From Gammaproteobacteria bacterium (GTDB lineage: Bacteria; Pseudomonadota; Gammaproteobacteria; Magnimaribacterales; AG-339-G14): DNA of 64,000 bases. A program made the position numbers and the translations under genes. This document shows, one piece after another, positions 46,959-57,032 of this stretch. Below the pieces are notes generated by a model that made no database searches, was not told the DNA's origin, and saw only the letters and a list, made by a program, of their open reading frames with translations. Positions within the stretch are counted from its first letter, which is position 1; each line of letters opens with the position of its first letter. Location of the stretch: assembly GCA_003331625.1 (NCBI GenBank), contig QOPF01000002.1, positions 65,482-129,481 on the forward strand, written 5' to 3'.

Positions 46959-47780
46959 ATGTCAGAAGAAAAAAAAATTAAACTACCAATAGATACGTCT
47001 CTTGGAAAACTTCCATATAAAACTAAGGGTTCCCTTATCCCCGTTGAATGCAAAACCATGGAGGAAACAAGAAGACACCAATTAGAAAGATTAGCTGCAG
47101 GCTTTAGAATGTTTTCTCATTTTGGTTACGATGAAGGCATTGCAGGGCACATTACTTTAAGAGACCCAGAATATCCTCATTACTTTTGGGTTAATCCGTT
47201 TGGAATGCACTTTGGGCAAATATGTATTTCAGATTTAATTTTAGTTGATCGCGATGGCAATATTGTTCAAGGTGAAGACAAGATGTTAAATACAGCTGCC
47301 TTTGCAATTCATTCTAGACTTCATGAAGCAAGACCTGATGTAAATGCTGCTGCCCATTCTCATTCTATGTACGGAAAGTCTTTTTCAACACTTGGAAGGT
47401 TATTAGAGCCTATTACTCAAGATTCATGTGCTTTTGTTGATGATCATGTTTTATTTGATGATTTTACAGGTGTAGTTTTAGAAACAGATGAGGGCGATAG
47501 AATCGCCAAAGCTTTAGGAGACAAAAGAGCTGCTATATTAAAAAATCATGGTTTGCTCACAACTGGAGAATCTGTAGATGCAGCTTTGTGGGCGTTTTTA
47601 TCAATGGATAGATGCTGTCAATCACAACTGTTGGCAGAAGCTGCTGGACAGATGGAAAGAATATCAGACGATGTTGCAAAACTTACTAAATCTCAAGTTG
47701 GATCAGAGTTTGCCATGTGGGCAAGTTTTCAGCCTCTTTATGATTTGATGCTTGAAAAAGATAGTAGCTTTTTAAACTAA
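46959..47780 (+). CDS. Class II aldolase/adducin-domain protein
   Basis: It has AGHITLRDP..., the metal-His region AAAHSHS and LKNHGLLTTG. The RBS is AGGAGAAGG. Confidence 0.78.
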   Translation: MSEEKKIKLPIDTSLGKLPYKTKGSLIPVECKTMEETRRHQLERLAAGFRMFSHFGYDEGIAGHITLRDPEYPHYFWVNPFGMHFGQICISDLILVDRDGNIVQGEDKMLNTAAFAIHSRLHEARPDVNAAAHSHSMYGKSFSTLGRLLEPITQDSCAFVDDHVLFDDFTGVVLETDEGDRIAKALGDKRAAILKNHGLLTTGESVDAALWAFLSMDRCCQSQLLAEAAGQMERISDDVAKLTKSQVGSEFAMWASFQPLYDLMLEKDSSFLN

Positions 47781-47806
47781 ATACATTCTCGTAAAAAATA
47801 CTTAAA

Positions 47807-48901
47807 ATGCAGGAAATTCTACAGCCAGTCTATTTGGCAATTTTCTCATCTTTTTTCCTTCTTTCTTTAATCGTTCATTTTGTATTTAGGATCTTATTTA
47901 AAAGATTAAACATAGTTGACATACCTGATGGAATAAAAAAAAAGCATAAGCAAATGGTTCCTATTTCAGGTGGCATTTCAGTAGTGATTTCTTTAGTTTT
48001 GATTGTTGTTATTTATTACTTTTTAAATTCTTTACAATTAATAGAGGCCTTGTCACAAAATGAAAAACTAAAAGTAAGTTCTCCTGCTATAGATATTAGA
48101 ACTGGCCTCTTAATTGGCTTTACTGGTTTAATCGTTGCAGCGGTTTCTTTCTTTGACGATATTTTAGAGCTTCCTATTTGGTTTAGATTTATGACATTAA
48201 TTTTATGCTCAAGTATTGTTATAAGTCTTAGCGATCTTAGCCTATCATCTTTAGGAGATCTCCTTGGATTTGGAGAAATCAAACTATATGGTATTTATTC
48301 AACTTTGATTACAATTTTTTGTATTGTTGGCGTTGCTAATGCCTTTAATTGGATAGATGGCTTGGATGGTCTATTTTCTTCTCAAGTTTTGATTGCAACA
48401 GGGTCAATATTTTATTTTGTTGGTGGAAATGGAGTATTTTTAATTTTATTTCTTTTAGCCTTTTTGCCTTATATGATGATGAACGCAGGTTTTTTTGGAG
48501 AAAGTACTAAAGTTTTTATTGGTGATCATGGTGCTATGGCCTTGGGCTATTCAATAGGTTGGATGTTGTTAAGCATTGCCGAATTTGGAGCTATAAATCC
48601 TATTACAGCTCCATGGATTATAGGTTTAGTTTTATTAAATGCCTTAAGAGTGATGTACAAAAGATTACTTCTTGGAGTTTCTCTTTTCAGATCAGATAGA
48701 GAACACATCCATCATTTCTTTTTAGATAATAACTATTCTAAAAGATTATCTCTATTAATCATTGTACTAATTAGTTCTTCAATAGCCTTAATTGGCGTGC
48801 TGTTTCAAGCAGTTGGCGTTCCAGATAGCGTAGCCTTTATTAGTTTTCTAGGAATTTTTGTATTATGGTCCTTTTTAAGTTTTTACCTAAAAAAAAATTG
48901 A
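47807..48901 (+). CDS. Polyprenyl-phosphate sugar-1-phosphate transferase (MraY/WecA, glycosyltransferase family 4)
   Basis: It is polytopic, with NAFNWIDGLDGL and FIGDHGAMALG motifs. Confidence 0.82.
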   Translation: MQEILQPVYLAIFSSFFLLSLIVHFVFRILFKRLNIVDIPDGIKKKHKQMVPISGGISVVISLVLIVVIYYFLNSLQLIEALSQNEKLKVSSPAIDIRTGLLIGFTGLIVAAVSFFDDILELPIWFRFMTLILCSSIVISLSDLSLSSLGDLLGFGEIKLYGIYSTLITIFCIVGVANAFNWIDGLDGLFSSQVLIATGSIFYFVGGNGVFLILFLLAFLPYMMMNAGFFGESTKVFIGDHGAMALGYSIGWMLLSIAEFGAINPITAPWIIGLVLLNALRVMYKRLLLGVSLFRSDREHIHHFFLDNNYSKRLSLLIIVLISSSIALIGVLFQAVGVPDSVAFISFLGIFVLWSFLSFYLKKN

Positions 48902-48913
48902 AAACCAAGGTGC

Positions 48914-49519
48914 TTAACTTTTTTTAGAGAGCAGTTCTTCTACTTGCCATAAAGTATCTTTGCCAAAGAACATTTCGTCATCAATGAAAAAGGTTGGAAT
49001 ACCGAAAACTCCTCGCTCTACTGCTGCTTCTGTATTTGCAATTAGCTTGGCTTTAACTTCTGGATCTTGCATTTGTGTCATTAATTTTTCACCATCAAAA
49101 CCCGATTCGATAAAAGCAGCTTTAATCACTTCTGGATCATCCATTTTCTTTGGTTCCTCCCACATGTGAACCAAAACTTTATCAATATAATCTTCTAGAT
49201 AGCCATCCATTTCAGCAGCTACTGCTCCTCTAATAATTTGTAAGCTAATTACTGGAAAATGGGGATTCATTTTAAAGTCCTGTAAATCATGCCTTTCTAT
49301 AAATCTTTGCATTTCTTTATTTTGATACTCATTTTTATTTTTGACCCCAAAAAATTGTTCCATCGGCGGTTTGTTGTTTGTAGCTTTGAATATTCCACCC
49401 AATAAAACCGGAATGTAATTTATTTCTACATCGTTTTTTTCTTTAATTTCTTTAATTACTTTGTGGCTCAAATAAGCATTTGGGCTTGCAAAATCAAAAT
49501 AAAAGTCTATTTTTTTCAT
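48914..49519 (-). CDS. 2-hydroxychromene-2-carboxylate isomerase / DsbA-like protein (second paralog)
   Basis: It has IDFYFDFASPNAYL at the N-terminus and GVFGIPTFFIDDEMFFGKD at the C-terminus. Confidence 0.8.
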   Translation of the reverse strand: MKKIDFYFDFASPNAYLSHKVIKEIKEKNDVEINYIPVLLGGIFKATNNKPPMEQFFGVKNKNEYQNKEMQRFIERHDLQDFKMNPHFPVISLQIIRGAVAAEMDGYLEDYIDKVLVHMWEEPKKMDDPEVIKAAFIESGFDGEKLMTQMQDPEVKAKLIANTEAAVERGVFGIPTFFIDDEMFFGKDTLWQVEELLSKKS

Positions 49520-49522
49520 GTT

Positions 49523-51316
49523 TTATTCTCCTTTTAAACATTTGTTACTATAAAAATTTAATGCATTTTTTTCGTATGCATTATCTGCTAAGTTTGCTAA
49601 AAATTTACACTTAGTTTGTTCTTTTTTTATTCTTGTATCAGCATACAATCTTTTGAATTCTTCTATACGTTTTAACTCAATATCGCTCATGACTATTCCT
49701 TGGTCATTTACAGAATCTAAAATTAAAAATTTGTCTCCTGATTTAGTCCATGCTTTCCATTTTGGAAGGTTTTTATCCCTGCCTTTCCCTGGATTACCAG
49801 TGTAAGCAAACTCTGCCCAATAAGACTGCATGGCTATAGAAAGTCTAGTCGCATCTGGTAGATTATCTTCATTAAACATAAATCTTTCAATGCCTAGAAG
49901 TTTCATAGTTCCAGTTATGAAGGGAATTTCCATTGCATGCGCTGCGCCAAAAATTTTAGAAAAATCCATCCATAATAATTTGCCTTGCTCATCCCAATCA
50001 AAACGGTAGGCGAAAACGTCTCTCTTACCAGAAGAAAACATATCCCTTGCTGGATTATCCACTGCTGATATTTTCCAGTTATTGGAAGCATACTCAGCAG
50101 TCAAATCATACATTTCTTGATTTCTCACAATAATCATTCTGTTAAAGAGACTTGTTGAATAATCTGATTTCATTGCAGCAAAGAGTTTTGTTTCATCACG
50201 ATTAGTCCCGAAAATAACTGGGACATCATTATAAAATTCGGAGTTCGAGTAAATCATGCCTTTTTTAGGTAAAACATGGCCATCAGAAAGTACTCTTGGA
50301 ATAGATTTATTCCCACTGATTTTAGACTTGTCTATTTCTTTGTATATTTTAAAAATTTCATCTAAATTAACTTTTTGAAGAGTTTCTAGAAGTTTAAATT
50401 CATTCATCGCTTCTTGAGCTATGTTTGCTTCAAATAAATCTTGAGATAGCTCAGCGTTAACCAGCAACCTACTTACAATTTCTTTAGAAGAAGTTAAAAA
50501 AGAAGATTCTTTATTATCAAAAAATTTTGACGATTCTTTCAAATTAAACGTTCGCGTAGCTCCACTTTGCGAAATAGCTTTGTGAAAAAGTCCTTTTGCT
50601 AATGGAGAACTTAATAGAGCAAATACGTTTTGACCGCCCGCCGATTCTCCGAATATTGTCACATTGTTTTTATCGCCGCCAAAGTCTTCAATATTTTTTT
50701 CTACCCACTTTAAAGCCAAAATTTGATCCAAAGTTCCAAAATTTCCAGACTTATCCTCTAAATTATTGGAAGTTTCAGAAAAAGACGGATGGTAAAACCA
50801 ACCAAGAAATCCAAGTCGATAATTTATAGAAACGATTATTAAGTTATGTGCGGCAGATAATTTACTAAAATCATACGATCCCGACTCGCCGGAAGTATTT
50901 CCCCCTCCATGAATCCAAAACATAACGGGTAGTTTTTTTTCATTGGATATATTTTTTGGCGTGTAAACATTAAGGAAAAGACAATCCTCCGAGCCAACAT
51001 ACTCCCCTTTGCCTTTTTTCTCTATCGATACAGATTCTCTTTGGGGGCAGGCGTTACCAAATTTTGTAGCTTTAAAATTTTTTGTATCTGATTCTAAGAT
51101 TCTTGGAGCCTTCCATCTTAAACTGCCTACTGGAGGCTGAGCATAAGGAATACCAAGCCACTGATAAGTATTATTTTGTTCAAGACCTACATATTTTTCA
51201 GAAAAAGAAAAAATAGAATTTATTTTTTCTGGATTAATGGTCTTTGATGATTGTATTGCACAAGAATTAATTATTAAGACAGAAAAGAAAATTAAGATAT
51301 TTTTCATAGAGTTCAT
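49523..51316 (-). CDS. Type-B carboxylesterase/lipase, secreted
   Basis: It has WIHGGG (oxyanion hole), the nucleophile elbow FGESAGG and EDCLFLNV. I place the start at ATG 51316 (MNSMKNILIFFSVLIINSC..., a signal peptide). The track extension to 51394 overlaps the divergent ACAD gene. Confidence 0.85.
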   Translation of the reverse strand: MNSMKNILIFFSVLIINSCAIQSSKTINPEKINSIFSFSEKYVGLEQNNTYQWLGIPYAQPPVGSLRWKAPRILESDTKNFKATKFGNACPQRESVSIEKKGKGEYVGSEDCLFLNVYTPKNISNEKKLPVMFWIHGGGNTSGESGSYDFSKLSAAHNLIIVSINYRLGFLGWFYHPSFSETSNNLEDKSGNFGTLDQILALKWVEKNIEDFGGDKNNVTIFGESAGGQNVFALLSSPLAKGLFHKAISQSGATRTFNLKESSKFFDNKESSFLTSSKEIVSRLLVNAELSQDLFEANIAQEAMNEFKLLETLQKVNLDEIFKIYKEIDKSKISGNKSIPRVLSDGHVLPKKGMIYSNSEFYNDVPVIFGTNRDETKLFAAMKSDYSTSLFNRMIIVRNQEMYDLTAEYASNNWKISAVDNPARDMFSSGKRDVFAYRFDWDEQGKLLWMDFSKIFGAAHAMEIPFITGTMKLLGIERFMFNEDNLPDATRLSIAMQSYWAEFAYTGNPGKGRDKNLPKWKAWTKSGDKFLILDSVNDQGIVMSDIELKRIEEFKRLYADTRIKKEQTKCKFLANLADNAYEKNALNFYSNKCLKGE

Positions 51317-51388
51317 AAAAGGATTTTTTGTTTTGAAATAAAAGTATATAGTAAATTTTGATTTTGAAAATTTAAAAAAGAGAACATT

Positions 51389-52606
51389 ATGCAAATATCA
51401 CCAATTCCGACTCTTTCTGATGAAATAAATGACATTAGAACCAGAACGGCTAATATTGTCGCAGATAAAATTATTCCTAATGAAAAAGAAATTTATTCTA
51501 AAAGTGAAAATTCTTCCTCTGTAAGAAAAGAAATTCGTGAAGAAGTAAAAAAAGAAAAATTATGGGCTCCTCATTTACCAGAAGAGTATGGCGGTATGGG
51601 TATCGGTTTTATGGCACATGCATACATGAATGAAATCCTTGCGTGGTCACCTCTTTCCAATAGACTTTTTGGTGTCATTGCGCCTAACTCGGGTAATCAA
51701 AAAGTTCTTCTTAAATATGGTTCAGATGATCAAAAGAAAAAATGGCTGGAACCGCTTATTGCCGGTGAGATGGAATCTGCATTTTCAATGACTGAACCTG
51801 ATAATGCTGGATCTGATCCAAGATCAATCCAAACGACTGCTAAAAAAGATGGTGATCAGTGGGTAATAGATGGGCATAAAGTAATGACTTCAAATGGAAT
51901 TAAAGCAGATTTTGCTATTGTCATGTGTCGAACTGAAGAAGAAGGAGATGATGGTGAAGTCAATTCTAGGATGACTCAAATAATTGTTCCTACAGATACT
52001 CCTGGGTTTAATGTCATTAGATCGGTTCCTATATGGGGACACACTGGCGGAGATCACGTGGAAATAAAATATGAAGATGTAAGAGTACCGATTGAGAATC
52101 AATTAGGTGCCAGAGGAACTGGCCATGCTGCAGCCCAGGATAGATTAGGAGCCGGCAGAGTTTTTCATTGTATGAATAGTATTGGTCAGATGTGGCGAGC
52201 TTTTGATCTGATGCTTCAAAGGACAATTACTAGAGAAGTTCACGGTGGAAAACTTGAAACAAAACAGCTTATTCAAGGTTTTATTGCTGATTCTTACATC
52301 GATATTCAAGCAGCTAGGCTAATGACTATTCACTGCGCAGAAGTCATGGATAGTGAAAATGATCCAAGGGTTGATATTTCAGCAATAAAAATATTTGTTC
52401 CTGAAGCAATGCATAGAGTTGTAGACAGAGCTATTCAAGTTTATGGCTGGAAAGGAGTTTCTGCAGACTTGCCTCTTTTTGGGATGTATCAAGGAGCAAG
52501 GACCTTGAGATTAGCTGATGGCCCTGATGAAGTTCATAGAATACTTATCGCAAAACAGGTTTTAAAAAAATATCACCAAGGATTATCTTGGGATTTTGGA
52601 ATCTAA
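51389..52606 (+). CDS. Acyl-CoA dehydrogenase
   Basis: It has FSMTEPDNAGSD, a 405-aa ACAD layout and C-terminal GPDEVH. Confidence 0.88.
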   Translation: MQISPIPTLSDEINDIRTRTANIVADKIIPNEKEIYSKSENSSSVRKEIREEVKKEKLWAPHLPEEYGGMGIGFMAHAYMNEILAWSPLSNRLFGVIAPNSGNQKVLLKYGSDDQKKKWLEPLIAGEMESAFSMTEPDNAGSDPRSIQTTAKKDGDQWVIDGHKVMTSNGIKADFAIVMCRTEEEGDDGEVNSRMTQIIVPTDTPGFNVIRSVPIWGHTGGDHVEIKYEDVRVPIENQLGARGTGHAAAQDRLGAGRVFHCMNSIGQMWRAFDLMLQRTITREVHGGKLETKQLIQGFIADSYIDIQAARLMTIHCAEVMDSENDPRVDISAIKIFVPEAMHRVVDRAIQVYGWKGVSADLPLFGMYQGARTLRLADGPDEVHRILIAKQVLKKYHQGLSWDFGI

Positions 52607-53055
52607 GCTTTTATTAGCTTTGCGTCTTTAGCAATATTATCTTTTAAGAAATCTTTTGGTGATTCACCAATCTTTACTAACTTTAAACTAGACGAAGCCG
52701 TAGCAATTAATTCTTCATTTTGATAAAGCTCAGCTGAAGAAAAGCCTATAGATTTTCCTAGCTTTATAACTTTAGACTGACAAATTAGTTTTCCGGGTCT
52801 ACCTGCAGCAAGAAAAGAAACATTAATATCAATGGACATTGGCGTATAAATGAAGTCTGTTAGTTCCATAACTAAAAAAGCCATACAAGAATCCATCATT
52901 ACGGTAGTGAAACCACCCTGAATTATTGTTCCATTGCTATGACATATGTCCTCGGTTGCTTGAAAAGACATCTTTAAAGATTGATTTTTATAGTTTATTT
53001 CTAAAATTTTCCCAGATAACTGCTTCATGTACTCTGGAGTTTGATCTTTTTTCAT
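52603..53055 (-). CDS. PaaI/hotdog-fold thioesterase
   Basis: The 150-aa ORF has HSNGTIIQGGFTTVMMD, typical of PaaI-type thioesterases. Confidence 0.75.
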   Translation of the reverse strand: MKKDQTPEYMKQLSGKILEINYKNQSLKMSFQATEDICHSNGTIIQGGFTTVMMDSCMAFLVMELTDFIYTPMSIDINVSFLAAGRPGKLICQSKVIKLGKSIGFSSAELYQNEELIATASSSLKLVKIGESPKDFLKDNIAKDAKLIKA

Positions 53056-53065
53056 ATTTGTTGTT

Positions 53066-54457
53066 TTAGTTTGAAAAGGATGAAAAAGCTTCTATCGCTT
53101 TCTTACGAGATTCTTTTAAGTCAACCAAATGCTGACTATACCCTATCTTGATTCTTTCATCAGGCAGAGGATCATGAACTTTTTTCAATACTGAAAGTTG
53201 TGGAAGCCATTTTTTTATAAAAATTCCATCTTTGTCAAATTTTTCCGATTGAGTAATAGGATTAAAAATTCGAAAATAAGGTGCTGCATCCACGCCTGTC
53301 GATGCACTCCATTGCCATCCTCCATTATTGGATGCAAAATCTCCATCGATTAAATTCTTCATAAAATATTTTTCTCCTTTGCGCCAATCTATAAGAAGAT
53401 TTTTGGTCAAATACATAGCTACAATCATCCTCAATCTATTATGCATCCATCCGGTTTTATTCAATTGAGTCATAGCTGCATCAATAATTGGTACACCTGT
53501 CTCCCCGTTAGTCCAAGCCTTAAAATGATTGTCATTATTTTCCCAAGGAAAATTATCGTACTTTTCAGAAAATGAAAGATTTTTACTTACTCGAGGAAAA
53601 TTAAATAAAATATATTTATAAAATTCTCTCCAGATAATTTCAGTAACCCAGGTTTTTACCCCTATGTTTTCTTCGCTATGAAACTTTAAAGCACTTGCCA
53701 AACATTGTCTTCCAGAAATAATTCCTGAAGAAAGATATGGAGATAAAGAACTAGTTCCATCGATGGCAGGAAAATCTCTTGTGTCTTTATAATCAAGAAT
53801 CTTTCTTTCAGTAAATTTAGATAATCTATTTAGAGCATAATCTTCGCCAACATTATAGAGTTTTAAAATATTTTGTTTCTCTACATCTAGTTGAAAGAGT
53901 TCAACTTGGTCACTACCTAAAAACTGTGATTTTTGTTTTTTAGGCAACCCACAAAGTTTTATTTCATTTTCAAATAAATTTGATCTAAAAGCTTTTGAGT
54001 AAGGCGTAAATACTTTAAAAAAAGTATCACTTTGTGTCTTTATACTCTTAGGATTAAAAATCGAAGAATCAAATCTATGAAGTTTTTTATTAAGAGTTTT
54101 TAAAGCGCTTTCTAAAGTTTCATTTCTTTTAATCTCATTTGCACCGTATTCTTCATTAAGAAAGATGTTTTTAATATCATTATCCTTGGTAAATTCAACT
54201 ATTTTATTGCTCTCATCTTCGATGCCAGATGCCGTAATGATTTTCAAAGTGATATTTAAGTCTTCAAGATTTTTTTTCAATTCCACGAGATGATGAGCTT
54301 GAAAGGCTATCTTTAGATCACTTTCATGATGACTTGTCCATTTTTTTTGATTATTAAAATAAATAGTTACAAGAGAATCTCCTTTTTGAGAAGCTTCATA
54401 CAAAGCAGGATTATCTCTTAGTCTTAAATCAGAATTGAATATAAATAAATTTGTCAT
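53066..54457 (-). CDS. phrB: Deoxyribodipyrimidine photolyase (class I CPD type)
   Basis: It has WREFY, TGVPIIDAAM, GWMHNRLRM, NNGGWQW and RIFNP motifs. Confidence 0.92.
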   Translation of the reverse strand: MTNLFIFNSDLRLRDNPALYEASQKGDSLVTIYFNNQKKWTSHHESDLKIAFQAHHLVELKKNLEDLNITLKIITASGIEDESNKIVEFTKDNDIKNIFLNEEYGANEIKRNETLESALKTLNKKLHRFDSSIFNPKSIKTQSDTFFKVFTPYSKAFRSNLFENEIKLCGLPKKQKSQFLGSDQVELFQLDVEKQNILKLYNVGEDYALNRLSKFTERKILDYKDTRDFPAIDGTSSLSPYLSSGIISGRQCLASALKFHSEENIGVKTWVTEIIWREFYKYILFNFPRVSKNLSFSEKYDNFPWENNDNHFKAWTNGETGVPIIDAAMTQLNKTGWMHNRLRMIVAMYLTKNLLIDWRKGEKYFMKNLIDGDFASNNGGWQWSASTGVDAAPYFRIFNPITQSEKFDKDGIFIKKWLPQLSVLKKVHDPLPDERIKIGYSQHLVDLKESRKKAIEAFSSFSN

Positions 54458-54495
54458 TTCAATGGCGACAAGACAATGGGTCTAGTTGCGCCCAA

Positions 54496-54524
54496 CATAT
54501 AAAATAACACACATCGTCTTGCCA
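54496..54524 (-). promoter_or_regulatory. Candidate sigma70 promoter of the photolyase gene
   Basis: On the minus strand: TTGGCA (54524-54519), a 17-nt spacer, then TTATAT (54501-54496). It is followed by a roughly 35-nt, relatively GC-rich leader that can form the GGCAAGAC/GTCTTG..GCC and TGGG/CCCA helices. Confidence 0.35.
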
Positions 54525-54558
54525 AAAAAAGCGAGCCTTTTATGGGGAAAAGACTCGC
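54523..54558 (-). terminator. Rho-independent terminator
   Basis: On the minus strand: AGCGAGTCTTTT-CCCCAT-AAAAGGCTCGCT, a 12-bp stem including one G-U pair with a 6-nt loop, followed by TTTTTTT. Confidence 0.75.
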
Positions 54559-54667
54559 TAAATTCAGACTTAGGAGAGTTTCTTTGGGAGAAAATGAAAA
54601 TCTGAATAAAGTAATGATATATAAATTATAATTATATTGGGTTATAAAATACTAAAATTTAGTTATA

Positions 54668-55846
54668 TCAAGTTACTTCTTCAAAAGTAATTCCAGCTTT
54701 CATTAATCGACTAATAAGTGGATCTCCTAAAGCAACAGCAGATGTAAGAACTCCTCCGAATTCTTCTCCAAATGGTAAATCTTCAGAAAAAGCTAGTGTT
54801 AAAGCTGATTCACATACCATTTTTGAAGTAGACTTATATCCTGGATCACCTGAACCAAATATTTCGAAGCGCTGTTCTACTCCATCTTCCCTTTTTGCTA
54901 TAAATAATCCTTTAAACCATCCTTTATCTCTAGTTTCTTGATCAGGGCCTTCTCCAGGCTTTAATAAAAAAGGTCTTACGATGTGTCGCAGAGGTGTTGC
55001 AATTACTAAAAAAGCTGACATTAGTACGAATGAAGTTATTCTTGCTGCAGCTTTAGAAGGATAGCTACCAAGCTCTTTAAAAGTGAAATCAGCACCATAA
55101 CTTTTTTGGTTTAAATCAAATAACGCTGCGCTTCTTCGGACCACTCTTGTATTGGCAAAAGCCATTAAACCCATTCCAGAAAATGCATCTGTACCAGGTA
55201 TTGGTTTTACAGAAAAATCATCTTTACTATTCTTTTTTTGCTCTTCGGAAATACTATTTTCAGGATTTAAAAGAAAAGGATCTCTCATTTCTTTAGGTAG
55301 AGGTCCCATTGTAAACATTGTTTCCGTGGTGCCTCCGCTAGCTCCGCCTTTAGCTGAATGATAAACAGTCACATGTTTTACAGGTTTTTCAGACCTAGTT
55401 ACAGAATAATAAACTCCTAAGTCGGATGGGATGGAATCATAACCGCAGGAAGGTACAATTCTTGTTCCATCTAAAGCAGCTTTTTCATGAAAACGATCTA
55501 TCAATCCTCTTACCCAGTGATTTTCTCCAGTTATGTCTGTGTAATGAGTTTTGCATTCAACACATGCTTCAACTACCTTTGTACTGTAACGTGCAAATGG
55601 TCCTGCTGCAGATAAAACAACCTTTGTTTTTTTTACAAAGCTCTTAATAGCTTCATAATCTTCTGAATCTGCAACATAAATATCACAATCTAAATTTAAT
55701 TCCTTTTTTAAATCCTCTAACTTTTCTTTATTTCTTCCTGATATAGCCCAAGCTAAATCTGGATAATTAGATTGAAAGTATTCGGCACATAGTCTTCCTG
55801 TAAAACCTGTGGCTCCATATAAGATAATTTGATATTGCTTTTCCAT
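54668..55846 (-). CDS. Saccharopine dehydrogenase-like NAD(P)-binding protein
   Basis: It has the N-terminal Rossmann fold ILYGATGFTGRL and the 392-aa family layout (Sccpdh-like). Confidence 0.78.
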   Translation of the reverse strand: MEKQYQIILYGATGFTGRLCAEYFQSNYPDLAWAISGRNKEKLEDLKKELNLDCDIYVADSEDYEAIKSFVKKTKVVLSAAGPFARYSTKVVEACVECKTHYTDITGENHWVRGLIDRFHEKAALDGTRIVPSCGYDSIPSDLGVYYSVTRSEKPVKHVTVYHSAKGGASGGTTETMFTMGPLPKEMRDPFLLNPENSISEEQKKNSKDDFSVKPIPGTDAFSGMGLMAFANTRVVRRSAALFDLNQKSYGADFTFKELGSYPSKAAARITSFVLMSAFLVIATPLRHIVRPFLLKPGEGPDQETRDKGWFKGLFIAKREDGVEQRFEIFGSGDPGYKSTSKMVCESALTLAFSEDLPFGEEFGGVLTSAVALGDPLISRLMKAGITFEEVT

Positions 55847-55858
55847 AATTTTCTTTTT

Positions 55859-56324
55859 TTATTTGGATATTCTCTTTAAGATATTTTTTATATTTGATGA
55901 AGATATAACTTTACCTGTCTTTGTAATTGATTCAGCTAAATTTCCTTTTCTAGAAGAGTCATAAATCATGAACAACACTAAAGCTCCTTCCGGCCCGCCC
56001 TTTTCCATGTGAATGTCTCCTGATTCTTTATGAACAAAATCTCCTACTTTTCTTATTCTTTTATTAATTTCTTTGCCTGTTTTTATATCAAAATCAGAAA
56101 CATGCAATTCGCCTTTTATTACCACTGAAGAAGTCTCAGCAGTATGTTTATGCAAATGACAATAGGAATTTGGCTCCCACTTAACTAAAATCTCAAGCCT
56201 TCCATCCTCCCTTGCATCCAGTACAGCATCAGAGTAGTCGATATGGTAATCAAAACTATCTCCTCCTTGATAATTGCTTCCAACTAAACTCTTCCTCTTT
56301 AAATAGGTTTTTTGGGTTTCCCAT
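55859..56324 (-). pseudogene. ChrR-like cupin gene with a +1 frame disruption (pseudogene or indel error)
   Basis: ATG at 56324 opens MGNPKNLFKEEEFSWKQLSRRR* (stop 56258-56256). The +1 frame, open from upstream of that point, continues ...GGDSFDYHIDYSDAVLDAREDGRLEILVKWEPNSYCHLHKHTAETSSVVIKGELHV... to the stop at 55859. That frame has no ATG/GTG/TTG before the TTG at 56155. An extended -10 TGTATAAT (56338-56331) lies 6 nt upstream of the ATG, suggesting a leaderless-type start. Confidence 0.6.
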
Positions 56325-56354
56325 AGTGATATTATACAAGTATTTAAATAAATC

Positions 56355-56752
<398 letters not shown>

Positions 56753-56754
56753 TT

Positions 56755-57030
56755 TTAAAGCGATTCTCTTAATTTCTTCGATGCTTTGAATGAAACGACA
56801 TTTCTATCGGAGATTTTATATGGCTCACCAGTTTTCGGATTTCTGCCGGGTCTACTTTTTTTATGATTAACTATAAAATTTCCTAACTTGGGAATTTTTA
56901 TTTCTTCTCCTTTTTCTAAGCCTTTCCCAATTTGCTCGAAATAAGCATTAACGATTTTTAAACAATCTTTTTTTGGAAGACCAATTTGCTCTCTTAAAAG
57001 ATTGACAATATCTGCTTTGGTTAAAGTCAT
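56755..57030 (-). CDS. ihfA: Integration host factor alpha subunit
   Basis: It has MTLTKADIV..., the beta-arm GRNPKTGE, a length of 91 aa, and sits after pheT. Confidence 0.92.
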   Translation of the reverse strand: MTLTKADIVNLLREQIGLPKKDCLKIVNAYFEQIGKGLEKGEEIKIPKLGNFIVNHKKSRPGRNPKTGEPYKISDRNVVSFKASKKLRESL

Positions 57031-57032
57031 TT

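Noticed and set aside
51317-51394. A 26-aa N-terminal extension of the carboxylesterase ORF overlapping the ACAD start.
   Set aside because: The signal peptide begins at the internal Met (51316 or 51307). The extension would bury the signal peptide and overlap the divergent gene.
56256-56280. Programmed +1 frameshift (prfB-like) as the explanation for the split cupin gene: an SD-like AAGGAGG directly upstream of AGA-TAG.
   Set aside because: The SD-to-shift-site spacing differs from prfB. Re-pairing of the AGA-decoding tRNA in the +1 frame (GAU) would be poor. AGA is likely a common codon in this AT-rich genome. A simple indel is more parsimonious. I kept it as an alternative in the finding's refutation criteria.
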